NCBI GenBank assembly: GCA_034408725.1
Contig: JAWXCN010000246.1
Coordinates: forward strand, 1-16,316
Direction of reading: 5' to 3'
Length of the DNA stretch: 16,316 nucleotides
Source: Candidatus Hydrogenedentota bacterium
GTDB lineage: Bacteria; Hydrogenedentota; Hydrogenedentia; Hydrogenedentales; SLHB01
The translations under genes and the position numbers were made by a program. The notes below the pieces were generated by a model that was not told the DNA's origin, did no database searches, and saw only the letters and a list, made by a program, of their open reading frames with translations. Position 1 is the first letter of the stretch. Every line of letters starts with the position of its first letter. Below, in pieces: positions 7,415-15,817 of this stretch.

Positions 7415-7816
7415 ATGTCACGTCGTTTTGCCACATTGGCCCTGTTGGCCGCGGTAGCCTTGCCCCTCGCAATTGGCTGCCAATTTCTGGTCTTTAAGAT
7501 CTGCGTCAAGAACCAAACCGAGTATTATCTGGATGAGGTGGCGATCAAGAGCGCTGGCGATCCCACCTATCCGCCTGCTGTGATAAAGGATGTTGCGCCG
7601 GGCGGATCGGATGCCGCTGGCGGGTATGGCGCCGGTTCTTATGATGTTCGCGCGTCCTTTGACGTCGCCGATGGCGCAGTGTGCGAACCCATTGTGGAAG
7701 TCACGGACATCGAAATTGAATCGACGAATGTCTGCATTACGTACGAGCAGGAATCCTTGCTTACGAAGAGCACCTGCGACGAAGAAATCTACGCGACAAT
7801 CGATTACGTGCTGTAA
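7415..7816 (+). CDS. Acidic Cys-containing lipoprotein, copy 2 (133 aa)
   Basis: SD GGGAGG at 7401-7406. Lipobox LAIG|C. About 65-70% identical to copy 1 in the mature part by manual alignment. Confidence 0.85.
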   Translation: MSRRFATLALLAAVALPLAIGCQFLVFKICVKNQTEYYLDEVAIKSAGDPTYPPAVIKDVAPGGSDAAGGYGAGSYDVRASFDVADGAVCEPIVEVTDIEIESTNVCITYEQESLLTKSTCDEEIYATIDYVL

Positions 7817-7835
7817 TCAGTTTGCTTTCTGACTC

Positions 7836-7875
7836 AACGCGGGGGCGCCCACGGGCCGCTCCCGCGTTTTTATTT
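7836..7875 (+). terminator. Rho-independent terminator after lipoprotein 2
   Basis: Stem AACGCGGGGGCG / CGCTCCCGCGTT followed by TTTATTT. Confidence 0.75.
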
Positions 7876-7883
7876 GCCCCCGG

Positions 7884-7912
7884 TTGCACACTGTCGCGGG
7901 CTGCCCTAAGAT
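7884..7912 (+). promoter_or_regulatory. Sigma70-type promoter of mutL-miaA
   Basis: TTGCAC (7884-7889), 17 bp, TAAGAT (7907-7912), 21 nt upstream of the mutL ATG. Confidence 0.6.
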
Positions 7913-7933
7913 ACGCGCGGGAACCCAATCATC

Positions 7934-9802
7934 ATGAGCGTTAAAACAGCACCCATACCCGCCGTGCGCGCCTTGCCGGAATCCGTCGCGAACCGGATTG
8001 CCGCGGGCGAAGTGGTGGAACGGCCGGCATCGGTCGTGAAAGAACTGATCGAAAACGCCCTTGATGCGCGGGCGACGCGGGTACAGGTGCGCATTGTCGC
8101 GGCGGGACGCCGGACCATTGAGGTCATCGACAATGGGCACGGTATGTCCGGACAGGATGCGCTCCTGGCCATTGAGCGTCACACCACCAGCAAGATTCGC
8201 CGCGCGGAAGACCTGGACAATATCCTCACCATGGGATTTCGCGGCGAAGCGATTGCGAGCATCGCCGCGGTGTCGCGCTTCGAGTTGGTGACGCGGCGCG
8301 AACGCGACGATGCCGGAACGCGCATCCGCGTGGAAGGCGGGGTGCTGCGCGATGTCGAACAAATCGCGGCGCCGGTTGGCACGCGCGTTTCGGTGAACCG
8401 GTTATATTTCAATACACCCGTGCGCGCGAAGTTTCTCAAGGGCATTACCACAGAATTGAGCCAGTGCATCGAGGCGGTGCAACGGCACGCGCTGGCGCAG
8501 ACGAAGATCGCGTTCCACCTCACGCATAACGATAAAACGCTGCTCGACGTCCCGGAACGCGCGACGATGCGCGAGCGCGTCGCCCTGATCTGGGGGCTGA
8601 GCTTTTTGAAGGACATGATCGAAATCGACGGCGAACAGGCGGGGTACCGCATTCAGGGTCTGATCGGGACACCTGCGCTCTCCCGGTCGCAGCGGTCGCA
8701 CCAGTATTTTTTTCTCAATCGCCGTCCCGTCGTGAGCCGTTCGCTTCAGTATGGATTTGAGGACGGATACCGGACACTGCTGACAATCGGACGTCATCCA
8801 GTTGGAATTTTAAATGTCGAAACGCATCCGCGGTTTGTGGACGTGAACATTCATCCCTCGAAGCGAGAGATTCGGTTCCGAGACGAACGCGTCGCGCGCG
8901 ACGCGATACGGGACATTGTTCGCGGACGGCTTGAAGCGATCATGCAGCCCGCGCCCCCACCAGAACTGGCACCGGCTGAACTTGCGCCGCGGCCACTCGT
9001 GAATTTTTCAGTTGTCGAACGGGATGATACACGTCAATCAGCCCACTTCGACCTCGAGCCTCCGCCGCAAGACGATTCCATCGCCGTGTATTCGCCGCAG
9101 GTAGGCGATATCCCGGCGACGGCGGATACGCCAGCGCCGGTTCAGACGGAGTTTTCGCCCGGCGACGGCGCAACAATTACAAAGATTGAACCGGCCGCAG
9201 TCTACCGGGCATTGGCTGGCCGGATCGATGATGCGCCGTTTCAGCTTTTCGATACGTACCTGCTCGTGCCGGAAGATGACCGGCTGTTGATCATTGATCA
9301 ACACGCGCTGCACGAGCGGCTGCGATACGACAACCTTTACGCGGACCTCGAAGACCATGATTACCAAGCGCAGCAGTTAGTCGTGCCGTTGCTGGTTGAA
9401 GTGCCGCCGTCGCACCAAAAACTGCTTGAATCGAATCTGGAAATTTTCCGGCGCATCGGAATCGAGATCGAGCCGTTTGGCGGATCGACGTATCAGATAA
9501 CCGCGATCTGTCATTTGTACGAAGATGCGCGGGTGCCGGACGCGATCTACCGTGTGCTGGATCATCTCGCGCAGGGCGAGTTGTTCAGCCGCGAAGATTT
9601 TCTGGTGGACGCGCTGCGGCTGACAGTCGAGGCGTGCCGGGGTTCGGTGAAGGCCGGCGACAGGTTATCGTCGCAGGAACGGCGCGAATTGCTCGACGGT
9701 TTCCAACGGCTGCGACCGCCGTATACCTGTCCGCATGGACGCCCGATCATCACGGAACTCACGCAAGTCCAAATGGAGAAGAGCTTCCGGAGACGTCAGT
9801 GA
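7934..9802 (+). CDS. mutL: DNA mismatch repair endonuclease MutL
   Basis: NRIAAGEVVERPASVVKELIENALDA, DNGHGM, GFRGEAIASI and VDVNIHPSKREIRF. C-terminal DQHALHER, ACR and CPHGRP motifs. Confidence 0.98.
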   Translation: MSVKTAPIPAVRALPESVANRIAAGEVVERPASVVKELIENALDARATRVQVRIVAAGRRTIEVIDNGHGMSGQDALLAIERHTTSKIRRAEDLDNILTMGFRGEAIASIAAVSRFELVTRRERDDAGTRIRVEGGVLRDVEQIAAPVGTRVSVNRLYFNTPVRAKFLKGITTELSQCIEAVQRHALAQTKIAFHLTHNDKTLLDVPERATMRERVALIWGLSFLKDMIEIDGEQAGYRIQGLIGTPALSRSQRSHQYFFLNRRPVVSRSLQYGFEDGYRTLLTIGRHPVGILNVETHPRFVDVNIHPSKREIRFRDERVARDAIRDIVRGRLEAIMQPAPPPELAPAELAPRPLVNFSVVERDDTRQSAHFDLEPPPQDDSIAVYSPQVGDIPATADTPAPVQTEFSPGDGATITKIEPAAVYRALAGRIDDAPFQLFDTYLLVPEDDRLLIIDQHALHERLRYDNLYADLEDHDYQAQQLVVPLLVEVPPSHQKLLESNLEIFRRIGIEIEPFGGSTYQITAICHLYEDARVPDAIYRVLDHLAQGELFSREDFLVDALRLTVEACRGSVKAGDRLSSQERRELLDGFQRLRPPYTCPHGRPIITELTQVQMEKSFRRRQ

Positions 9803-10722
9803 CGTCCATCCTCGCCGTTGTCGGCCCGACAGCCTCGGGCAAAACCGCCCTCGCCATTGAACTCGCCGAACGGCTCGACACCGAGATTATTTCCGCCGAT
9901 TCCATGCAGGTGTATCGAGGCATGGAAATTGGCACGGGCGCGCCAAGCCCGGAAGAGTTGGCCCGGGTGAAACATCATTTCGTTGGCTTTCTGGATCCGG
10001 GGACGCTTTTTTCCGCGGGAGAATTCGAGCGCGTGGCGCGGCCGTTGGTTGAAACATTAAATCGTCAGGGCAAAACTGCCGTTGTCGTTGGTGGCTCAGG
10101 GTTGTACGTCCGCGCGTTGTTGGACGGACTATTCGACGGACCCGGCGCGGATGAAGCCATACGCGAACGATTGCATGCGAAAGCTGAAGCAATCGGCGCG
10201 GCGGGAATGCACGCGCGGCTCACACAAATCGATCTCGCGTATGCGGCGCAAATCAAACCTACGGATTTGAAACGCATCGTGCGCGCGTTGGAAGTTTACG
10301 AGATCACCGGCACGCCGCTTTCCGTGCTTCACGCGGAGCACCAGGCCGCGCACCCGGCTTTCTCGTCGGTGCAGATGCTCATCGACTGGCCGCGCGCCGT
10401 GTTGTACGAACGCATCAACGCGCGCGTGGACCAGATGATGGCGCAAGGGTTCATCGACGAGGTCCGGCGTCTCGACGCCCAAGGCTATGCGCCGCACCTG
10501 CGGCGGCTCCGCTCGCTCGGCTATGCCGAGTTCCTCGCCTATATCCACGGCGAAAAATCGCTGGGAGAAGCGACGGAAAGAATGAAAAAAGTTACAAGGA
10601 ATTTCGCCAAGAGGCAGTTGACGTGGTTCCGCGCGGATAAACGGGTGAGTTGGTTGCAAACGCGCGCCGAAGACGATATGAAATCCCACCTCGATACCGT
10701 GCTTCGATTGAGGGATTTGTAA
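9799..10722 (+). CDS. miaA: tRNA (adenosine(37)-N6)-dimethylallyltransferase
   Basis: GPTASGKT P-loop, EIISADSMQVY, VGGSGLY, RIVRALEV, LGYAE and TRNFAKRQLTWFR. The GTG start overlaps the mutL stop (GTGA), with GGAG upstream. mutL-miaA synteny is canonical. Confidence 0.97.
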   Translation: MTSILAVVGPTASGKTALAIELAERLDTEIISADSMQVYRGMEIGTGAPSPEELARVKHHFVGFLDPGTLFSAGEFERVARPLVETLNRQGKTAVVVGGSGLYVRALLDGLFDGPGADEAIRERLHAKAEAIGAAGMHARLTQIDLAYAAQIKPTDLKRIVRALEVYEITGTPLSVLHAEHQAAHPAFSSVQMLIDWPRAVLYERINARVDQMMAQGFIDEVRRLDAQGYAPHLRRLRSLGYAEFLAYIHGEKSLGEATERMKKVTRNFAKRQLTWFRADKRVSWLQTRAEDDMKSHLDTVLRLRDL

Positions 10723-10730
10723 CCGAAGGG

Positions 10731-11597
10731 TTACGGGGTTTCATTCGCCTTCGTACTCAACAACCAACCTACTGCTGGTCGATGCTGAGGGAAAACGGGG
10801 TGAGTCGAGCGACACTTAGCCGACTTATCGTCTACGCTAATGACTTTGAATGGCATAAATGTATCAGGCTCGTTCACGGAAAGTTCCATATCTACCAAAA
10901 GTCCGCTAGCCGCACCAGCATCGATTAGCACAATAGTTTCGGTGTAGCCCCTTCCTTCCACATCGTTCCGTTCTCTAATTGATTGAACTTCTACTATTCG
11001 GGCCCGGATGGGTAGATCTATCAGATAGTCCTTAAACTCCGGGGAAACCTCCGGCGCACCCGTTACCGGAAGATCCCAATCATCAGCCTTGAGTAGAAAT
11101 CTGCCATGGGCAAACGCGCGCGGTTCTCTACTACTGTTTACATCATTACAGAAATCCACCATTCTAGCAGCCGGTACGAGGTATTCCCGTTTATCCCAGC
11201 GCACTGGGATGTAGCGCGTATAGATGTTACCAAACTCGCCCTCAACGTTTTTCATTGCGCAATGCAGGACCACTTCGCCGTCGGTCTCACTCACGGTCCC
11301 GTAGTTATGACCATAAAGGCCGAGGCACCCATGCCATCGATACATAAAGCCTGATTGGGGACCGAGAAACAGCGAAATATTTGTCCCCAGTCCGTCACCT
11401 TCATAGAACTCGCCGGCCCATGGATGGCCTGGAGACTGCCGGACTTCCTTCTCGACCGCCCTGCGAACCGCATTTTCCTTCTGACGCGCAGTAATCTCCA
11501 TCTTTGAGGTGCTGGAAAGCATTAGTGCGCTTAAAAGGACCCCTGCGGCCATCCAAGTCCAACGAAGATTCATAGATCTATGATTGAACAAATGCAT
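10731..11597 (-). CDS. Hypothetical secreted or membrane-anchored protein
   Basis: 288-aa ORF filling the miaA-metH gap (start could be ATG 11573). N-terminal hydrophobic stretch WMAAGVLLSALML. Distinctive HPWAGEFYEGDGLGTN and WHGCLGLY motifs. GC is lower than in the flanks. Confidence 0.7.
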   Translation of the reverse strand: MHLFNHRSMNLRWTWMAAGVLLSALMLSSTSKMEITARQKENAVRRAVEKEVRQSPGHPWAGEFYEGDGLGTNISLFLGPQSGFMYRWHGCLGLYGHNYGTVSETDGEVVLHCAMKNVEGEFGNIYTRYIPVRWDKREYLVPAARMVDFCNDVNSSREPRAFAHGRFLLKADDWDLPVTGAPEVSPEFKDYLIDLPIRARIVEVQSIRERNDVEGRGYTETIVLIDAGAASGLLVDMELSVNEPDTFMPFKVISVDDKSAKCRSTHPVFPQHRPAVGWLLSTKANETP

Positions 11598-11769
11598 CGC
11601 CCGGTTAATCCATATTGTCGACGAAAAGTTTCTTATTCACGGCTATGACGCTTCCACTGCACCTAAGACCTCAAAGTTAGTCCTGCGACGGACGGTGTGT
11701 AACTTGCCAAACTCAACTCCGCGTTGATTCCGTTCTCTCATTGGGTGTTAGGTTGCGCACCGCGCATAT

Positions 11770-11785
11770 TGCTACCATGTTTGCA
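11770..11785 (+). promoter_or_regulatory. Extended -10 promoter predicting a leaderless metH mRNA
   Basis: TG-C-TACCAT (11770-11778) ends 7 nt before the A of ATG 11785. No SD upstream. Confidence 0.5.
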
Positions 11786-14700
11786 TGGATTTTTTAACGA
11801 CTCTCAAAAAGCAAGTCCTCGTCATTGACGGGGCGATGGGCACGCAGGTGCAGAACCTGGATTTGACGGACGCTGATTACGGCGGCGCCGAGTTCAAGAT
11901 GCTGCCGGACATTCTGGTGTTCTCGCATCCGGATGCGGTCAAGGGGATTCACCTCGACTATTTTCGCGCGGGCGCCAATGCGGTCGAAACGAATACCTTT
12001 GGCGCGACGCCGTTCCGGTTGGGCGAGTACGATTTCTCTCGACTCGACTTGGCGCATTTTGCGCCGAACCCCTATGGCGTGGACCTGCGCGCGTTGTCGC
12101 ACCACGAGATGGCGTACAACATGAGCCGGCGCGCCGCGGAAATCGCGTGCGACGCGCGGGAGGAACACCGGCACGACGCGGGCTTCGATGGCCGGCCACT
12201 GTTTGTATTGGGGTCGATTGGTCCATCGAACCGGGTGTTGTCGAGCACCGACGCAAATCTTACCCTATCCACATTCGACGCGGTGATGGACAATTTTCAC
12301 ATCCAGGTGCTGGGACTGATCGACGGCGGCGCGGACGTGCTGTTGTATGAAACGCAGCAGGACATTCTTGAGCTGAAAGCCGCGGTGATGGGTGGGCAGC
12401 GCGCAATGCGCGAGCGCGGAAAGGCGTTGCCGATAATGGCGCAGGTGACCGTCGACCAGTTTTCGAAGATGCAGATATTCAATACGGACATTCACGCCGC
12501 GCTGGTGACGATGATGGGGATCGGGATCAGCACTTTCGGGATCAATTGCAGCATCGGCCCCGATCTGATGGTGAAGACGGTCGAGAAACTTGCGCGCTAT
12601 TCGCCGCTGCCGATTTCCGTGATTCCGAACGCGGGACTGCCGGTATCCATCGCGGGTAAGACCGTGTTCAAATTCACGCCGGAGAAGCTGGCGGATTATC
12701 TCGACACGTTCACCGCGGAATACGGCGTGAATATCGTCGGCGGGTGTTGCGGGACTACGCCGGAGCATATTCGCGCAATTACCGAAACGATCCGCGCGCG
12801 GAAGCCGGTGGCGCGTACGCCGGAGAAGGGGCTTTACGTTTCGGGCCCGCAGGAGGCCGTGCTGCTCGATTCGAGTGAGACCTTGATCATGATTGGCGAA
12901 CGCCTCAACGTGCGCGGGTCCGCGAAAGTGCGCGACGCAGTTGAAAGCGGCGGGCCCATCGACCATCACGCGCTTGAAGAAGTTGTCGAAGAACAGGTGC
13001 GCGGCCTGGGTGTGAAGGTTATTGACGTGTGCATGGACTCGAACCTTGTCGATACGACGGAGACGTTGAAGGAAGTGGTCCACAAGCAAACGACCGACTT
13101 CAGCGGCGCGATGTGCCTGGATTCGTTTGCGGTGGACGCGCTGGAAGAAGCGATCAAGGTGTATCCCGGACGGCCCATCATCAACTCGATGTCGATGGAA
13201 GAAGTCGCGGCGGGCGTCACCAAGGTAGACGCCGTGTGCAACGCAACGAAAGGCCATTGGCCCATCTACATTGGCCTTGCCGCGGGGGCCAAAGGCCCCG
13301 GCGCGACGCGCGAGGAAAAAACTGACCTTGCGCGACAAATAGTCGCGAACGCAGCAAAGCACGGTGTGACACCCGACCAGATATTTATCGACATGAACGT
13401 GTTTCCTGTCGGGGCGGAATCCGACGAATCGATGAACTTCGCAGTGGAATCGCTCGAATCGATTCCGATGATCAAGGCGATTCATCCCGACCTGCGCACG
13501 ACTTGCGGCGTGGGCAATCTGACCAACGGCCTTGCGAAAAAGCCGTACATGCGCAAGGTGCTGACGTCAGTCTTTCTCGATGAAGCGCGCAAGCGCGGGC
13601 TTGACGCTGCCATCATCAATCCGAACCATTACGTGTTTGTGAAAGACCTCGACCCGCACGATTACGAATTGGCCCTGCGCACGCTTCTCAATCGCGACAT
13701 GACGGCGTTCGAGGAACTCGAAGACATTTCCGAGCGCAAGAAAGGCGGGGACGTCGTCAAGCGGACGAGCTACGCCGATCTCGATGTCGAAACGGCAATT
13801 TGCGAAAAGGTGAAGGACGGGTTCAAGGAGCGCGAGCCGGGGTTTATTACCATCGGGGGTCACGAATACAAGTACAGCGACAAAATCGTTTTGCAGGTCA
13901 CCGAAATTATCAAGCATCACGAGCCGCTGGAGTTTATCAACACGCACCTGATGCGCGCGATGAACGAACTCGGCGACGGGTTTGCGCGCGGCGAGGTGTC
14001 TCTCCCCCACTTGCTGAAATCTGCGGACGTGATGAAGCAGGTGATGGGCTTTCTTGAGGAATACATGCGCGTATCCGCGGGCATCGACGTACATTCGAAG
14101 ATCGAGTACAAGGGCACGATCGTAATCGGAACGGTGTATCAGGACGTACACTCGATTGGGAAGGACCTTGCCAAGACTCTGTTCGAGAACTACGGCTATC
14201 GCGTGATCGATCTGGGCGTGATGACGCCGCTGCAGAGCTATATCGACGCCGCGAAGGAACACAACGCCGACGCGATTGGCATGTCGGCGTTGTTGGTGCA
14301 AACGTCGAACCACATGATTACCGTGTCGAAAATGATGCTCGACCAGGGGCTTTCACATTTACCCGTGCTGATCGGCGGCGCGCCGGTGAATGACCGTCAC
14401 GCGGCATACGTCGCCATGGCCGGCGGCGACGATACGGAGACGATGCGCTCGAACGTGTTCTATTGTCCGACCGCGATGGACGGTGTGAATGTGATGAACA
14501 CGCTGAAAAGTGGCGCGACAGTTGATCCTGTTTTCAGCGTCAACCTCGAGAAACTGCGCAGCAATTTTGAGAAGGCGGAGAAGCGCGCGGCGGAGGACGG
14601 AGAATTGCTGCGCACGTTGCCGCGCCGCGTGGTTTCGTTCGATGGGCACGAGATGCCGGAGCGGCCGTGGTTTGCGCCGGAAATCGTGAAAGTTGACCTG

Positions 14701-15405
14701 AAGGCCTTCGCACCGCATATCGATACCAAGACGTTGTTCGCGCTTAACTGGAAGTTTGGCGGCAAGGCCACGCGTGAAAGGCGCGGCGAAGGCGCGGACC
14801 ACTTGAACCCATTGCTCGAAAAATGGATTGAACTCGCGCACGCGCATGGATGGGTGCAGCCGACAGCGGTGTACGGCGTGTGGCCGTGTCAGGCTGACGG
14901 GGACGAAGTCATTGTTTATGACCTTAACAATTTGGACGAGGAGATCGCGCGCTTCGGATTCTCGCTCGTTATCGGACCGGGCCGCAAGGACACGGTGTGC
15001 GCTGCGCAATATTTCTGGCCGAAGGATTCTGGCAGGATGGATGCGATTGGGCTGCAACTTTCCACGAGCGGGCCGCAGGTGGATTCGCAACTGCATGCAT
15101 TTAAGGAGGCCGGCGATTCGGAATCGCAGCTTTACTTGCAGGGTCTGTCGGACCGCATCGCGGAAGACATGGCGGAATACGCGCACGAACGTATCCGTGA
15201 GCATTTTCATCTTGAATCCTCGCATGGCGTGCGCTGGTCGCCGGGTTATCCCGCGATGGCCGATACGAAATACAACCACACCATCCTCAATCTGCTCAAT
15301 GCGACGGAACGCGTCGGCGTGCAGATTACCGAAGCGGGCGAATTCTCGCCCACTGGCACCACGGCGGCCGTGGTATGCTTTCACCCGAATGCGCGGTATA
15401 CGTAA
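11785..15405 (+). CDS. metH: Cobalamin-dependent methionine synthase
   Basis: DGAMGT, ETNTFG, GINC and GGCCGTTPEHI (homocysteine/Zn domain). IGERLN..GS pterin-binding domain. MNELGDGFARGEVSLP cap. DVHSIGK and GMSAL B12-binding domain. C-terminal SPGYPA reactivation domain. 1206 aa. Confidence 0.96.
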   Translation: MDFLTTLKKQVLVIDGAMGTQVQNLDLTDADYGGAEFKMLPDILVFSHPDAVKGIHLDYFRAGANAVETNTFGATPFRLGEYDFSRLDLAHFAPNPYGVDLRALSHHEMAYNMSRRAAEIACDAREEHRHDAGFDGRPLFVLGSIGPSNRVLSSTDANLTLSTFDAVMDNFHIQVLGLIDGGADVLLYETQQDILELKAAVMGGQRAMRERGKALPIMAQVTVDQFSKMQIFNTDIHAALVTMMGIGISTFGINCSIGPDLMVKTVEKLARYSPLPISVIPNAGLPVSIAGKTVFKFTPEKLADYLDTFTAEYGVNIVGGCCGTTPEHIRAITETIRARKPVARTPEKGLYVSGPQEAVLLDSSETLIMIGERLNVRGSAKVRDAVESGGPIDHHALEEVVEEQVRGLGVKVIDVCMDSNLVDTTETLKEVVHKQTTDFSGAMCLDSFAVDALEEAIKVYPGRPIINSMSMEEVAAGVTKVDAVCNATKGHWPIYIGLAAGAKGPGATREEKTDLARQIVANAAKHGVTPDQIFIDMNVFPVGAESDESMNFAVESLESIPMIKAIHPDLRTTCGVGNLTNGLAKKPYMRKVLTSVFLDEARKRGLDAAIINPNHYVFVKDLDPHDYELALRTLLNRDMTAFEELEDISERKKGGDVVKRTSYADLDVETAICEKVKDGFKEREPGFITIGGHEYKYSDKIVLQVTEIIKHHEPLEFINTHLMRAMNELGDGFARGEVSLPHLLKSADVMKQVMGFLEEYMRVSAGIDVHSKIEYKGTIVIGTVYQDVHSIGKDLAKTLFENYGYRVIDLGVMTPLQSYIDAAKEHNADAIGMSALLVQTSNHMITVSKMMLDQGLSHLPVLIGGAPVNDRHAAYVAMAGGDDTETMRSNVFYCPTAMDGVNVMNTLKSGATVDPVFSVNLEKLRSNFEKAEKRAAEDGELLRTLPRRVVSFDGHEMPERPWFAPEIVKVDLKAFAPHIDTKTLFALNWKFGGKATRERRGEGADHLNPLLEKWIELAHAHGWVQPTAVYGVWPCQADGDEVIVYDLNNLDEEIARFGFSLVIGPGRKDTVCAAQYFWPKDSGRMDAIGLQLSTSGPQVDSQLHAFKEAGDSESQLYLQGLSDRIAEDMAEYAHERIREHFHLESSHGVRWSPGYPAMADTKYNHTILNLLNATERVGVQITEAGEFSPTGTTAAVVCFHPNARYT

Positions 15406-15424
15406 CCATTCGGAGGGTTTTCGC

Positions 15425-15742
15425 ATGCGACACTTGATGGTTTTTGGGTCTGTGATCGGATTTGTGTTTGTAACGACAGGCTGCGGCGGACCGGTCGAGG
15501 CCGCGGTGTATCCGTCGAACAAGCCGTGTACCGTGCAGCTCAAACGCGACCTCCTTGGATTGCACTCCCCCACGCTGATGACAAGTCTGCAGGGAGGAAA
15601 CAATCAGTCTGTTTCCGGAACGCTTGAGACTCTGGGCGACGACTACGTGGTTGTGAAACAGGCGAAAGGCGCGGAGGTTTGGATACCGCGCGACGTGGTG
15701 TTGCTCATCGAAGTTGCGAGGACCGAAACAGAAACGCCCTAG
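15425..15742 (+). CDS. Small hypothetical lipoprotein (105 aa), possibly Sm/LSm-like fold
   Basis: SD GGAGG at 15412-15416 and ATG 15425. Hydrophobic N-terminus with lipobox-like TTG|C. C-terminal SGTLETLGDDYVVVK...VWIPRDVVLLIE. Confidence 0.7.
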   Translation: MRHLMVFGSVIGFVFVTTGCGGPVEAAVYPSNKPCTVQLKRDLLGLHSPTLMTSLQGGNNQSVSGTLETLGDDYVVVKQAKGAEVWIPRDVVLLIEVARTETETP

Positions 15743-15747
15743 CGCTA

Positions 15748-15817
15748 GAGGGCGGGTTTTCCAGCCCGCCATTGAATATTTCTATCAAGAGAATGGCGGG
15801 TTGGAAAACCCGCCCTC
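15748..15817. repeat. REP-like inverted dimer (REPIN-like)
   Basis: GAGGGCGGGTTTTCCAGCCCGCCATT (15748-15773) and the reverse complement of 15792-15817 match at 25/26 positions. Each arm is itself a GGCGGG-N8-CCCGCC hairpin. The 18-nt spacer is AT-rich. It lies at the junction of convergent genes. Confidence 0.85.

Noticed and set aside
8945..9200. Pro/Ala-rich repeat (PELAPAELAP) in MutL
   Set aside because: Ordinary variable linker between the MutL N- and C-terminal domains.
9634..9798. N-terminal extension of MiaA
   Set aside because: Overlaps the conserved mutL C-terminus. GTG 9799 with SD gives a normal MiaA start.
11711..11753. attC-like RYYYAAC...GTTRRRY (ACTCAAC...GTTAGGT)
   Set aside because: Only 43 nt, the ends are not complementary, it is on the wrong side of the adjacent gene, and no integrase is present.
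14828..15424. N-terminal 199 aa of the 304-aa ORF 14828-15742
   Set aside because: Overlaps metH out of frame and is Arg-rich noise. The SD and signal peptide point to a start at 15425.
12265..15603. Long antisense ORFs (12265-13485, 13567-14313, 14359-15603)
   Set aside because: Shadow ORFs opposite metH, expected from GC-rich codon bias, with no recognisable motifs.
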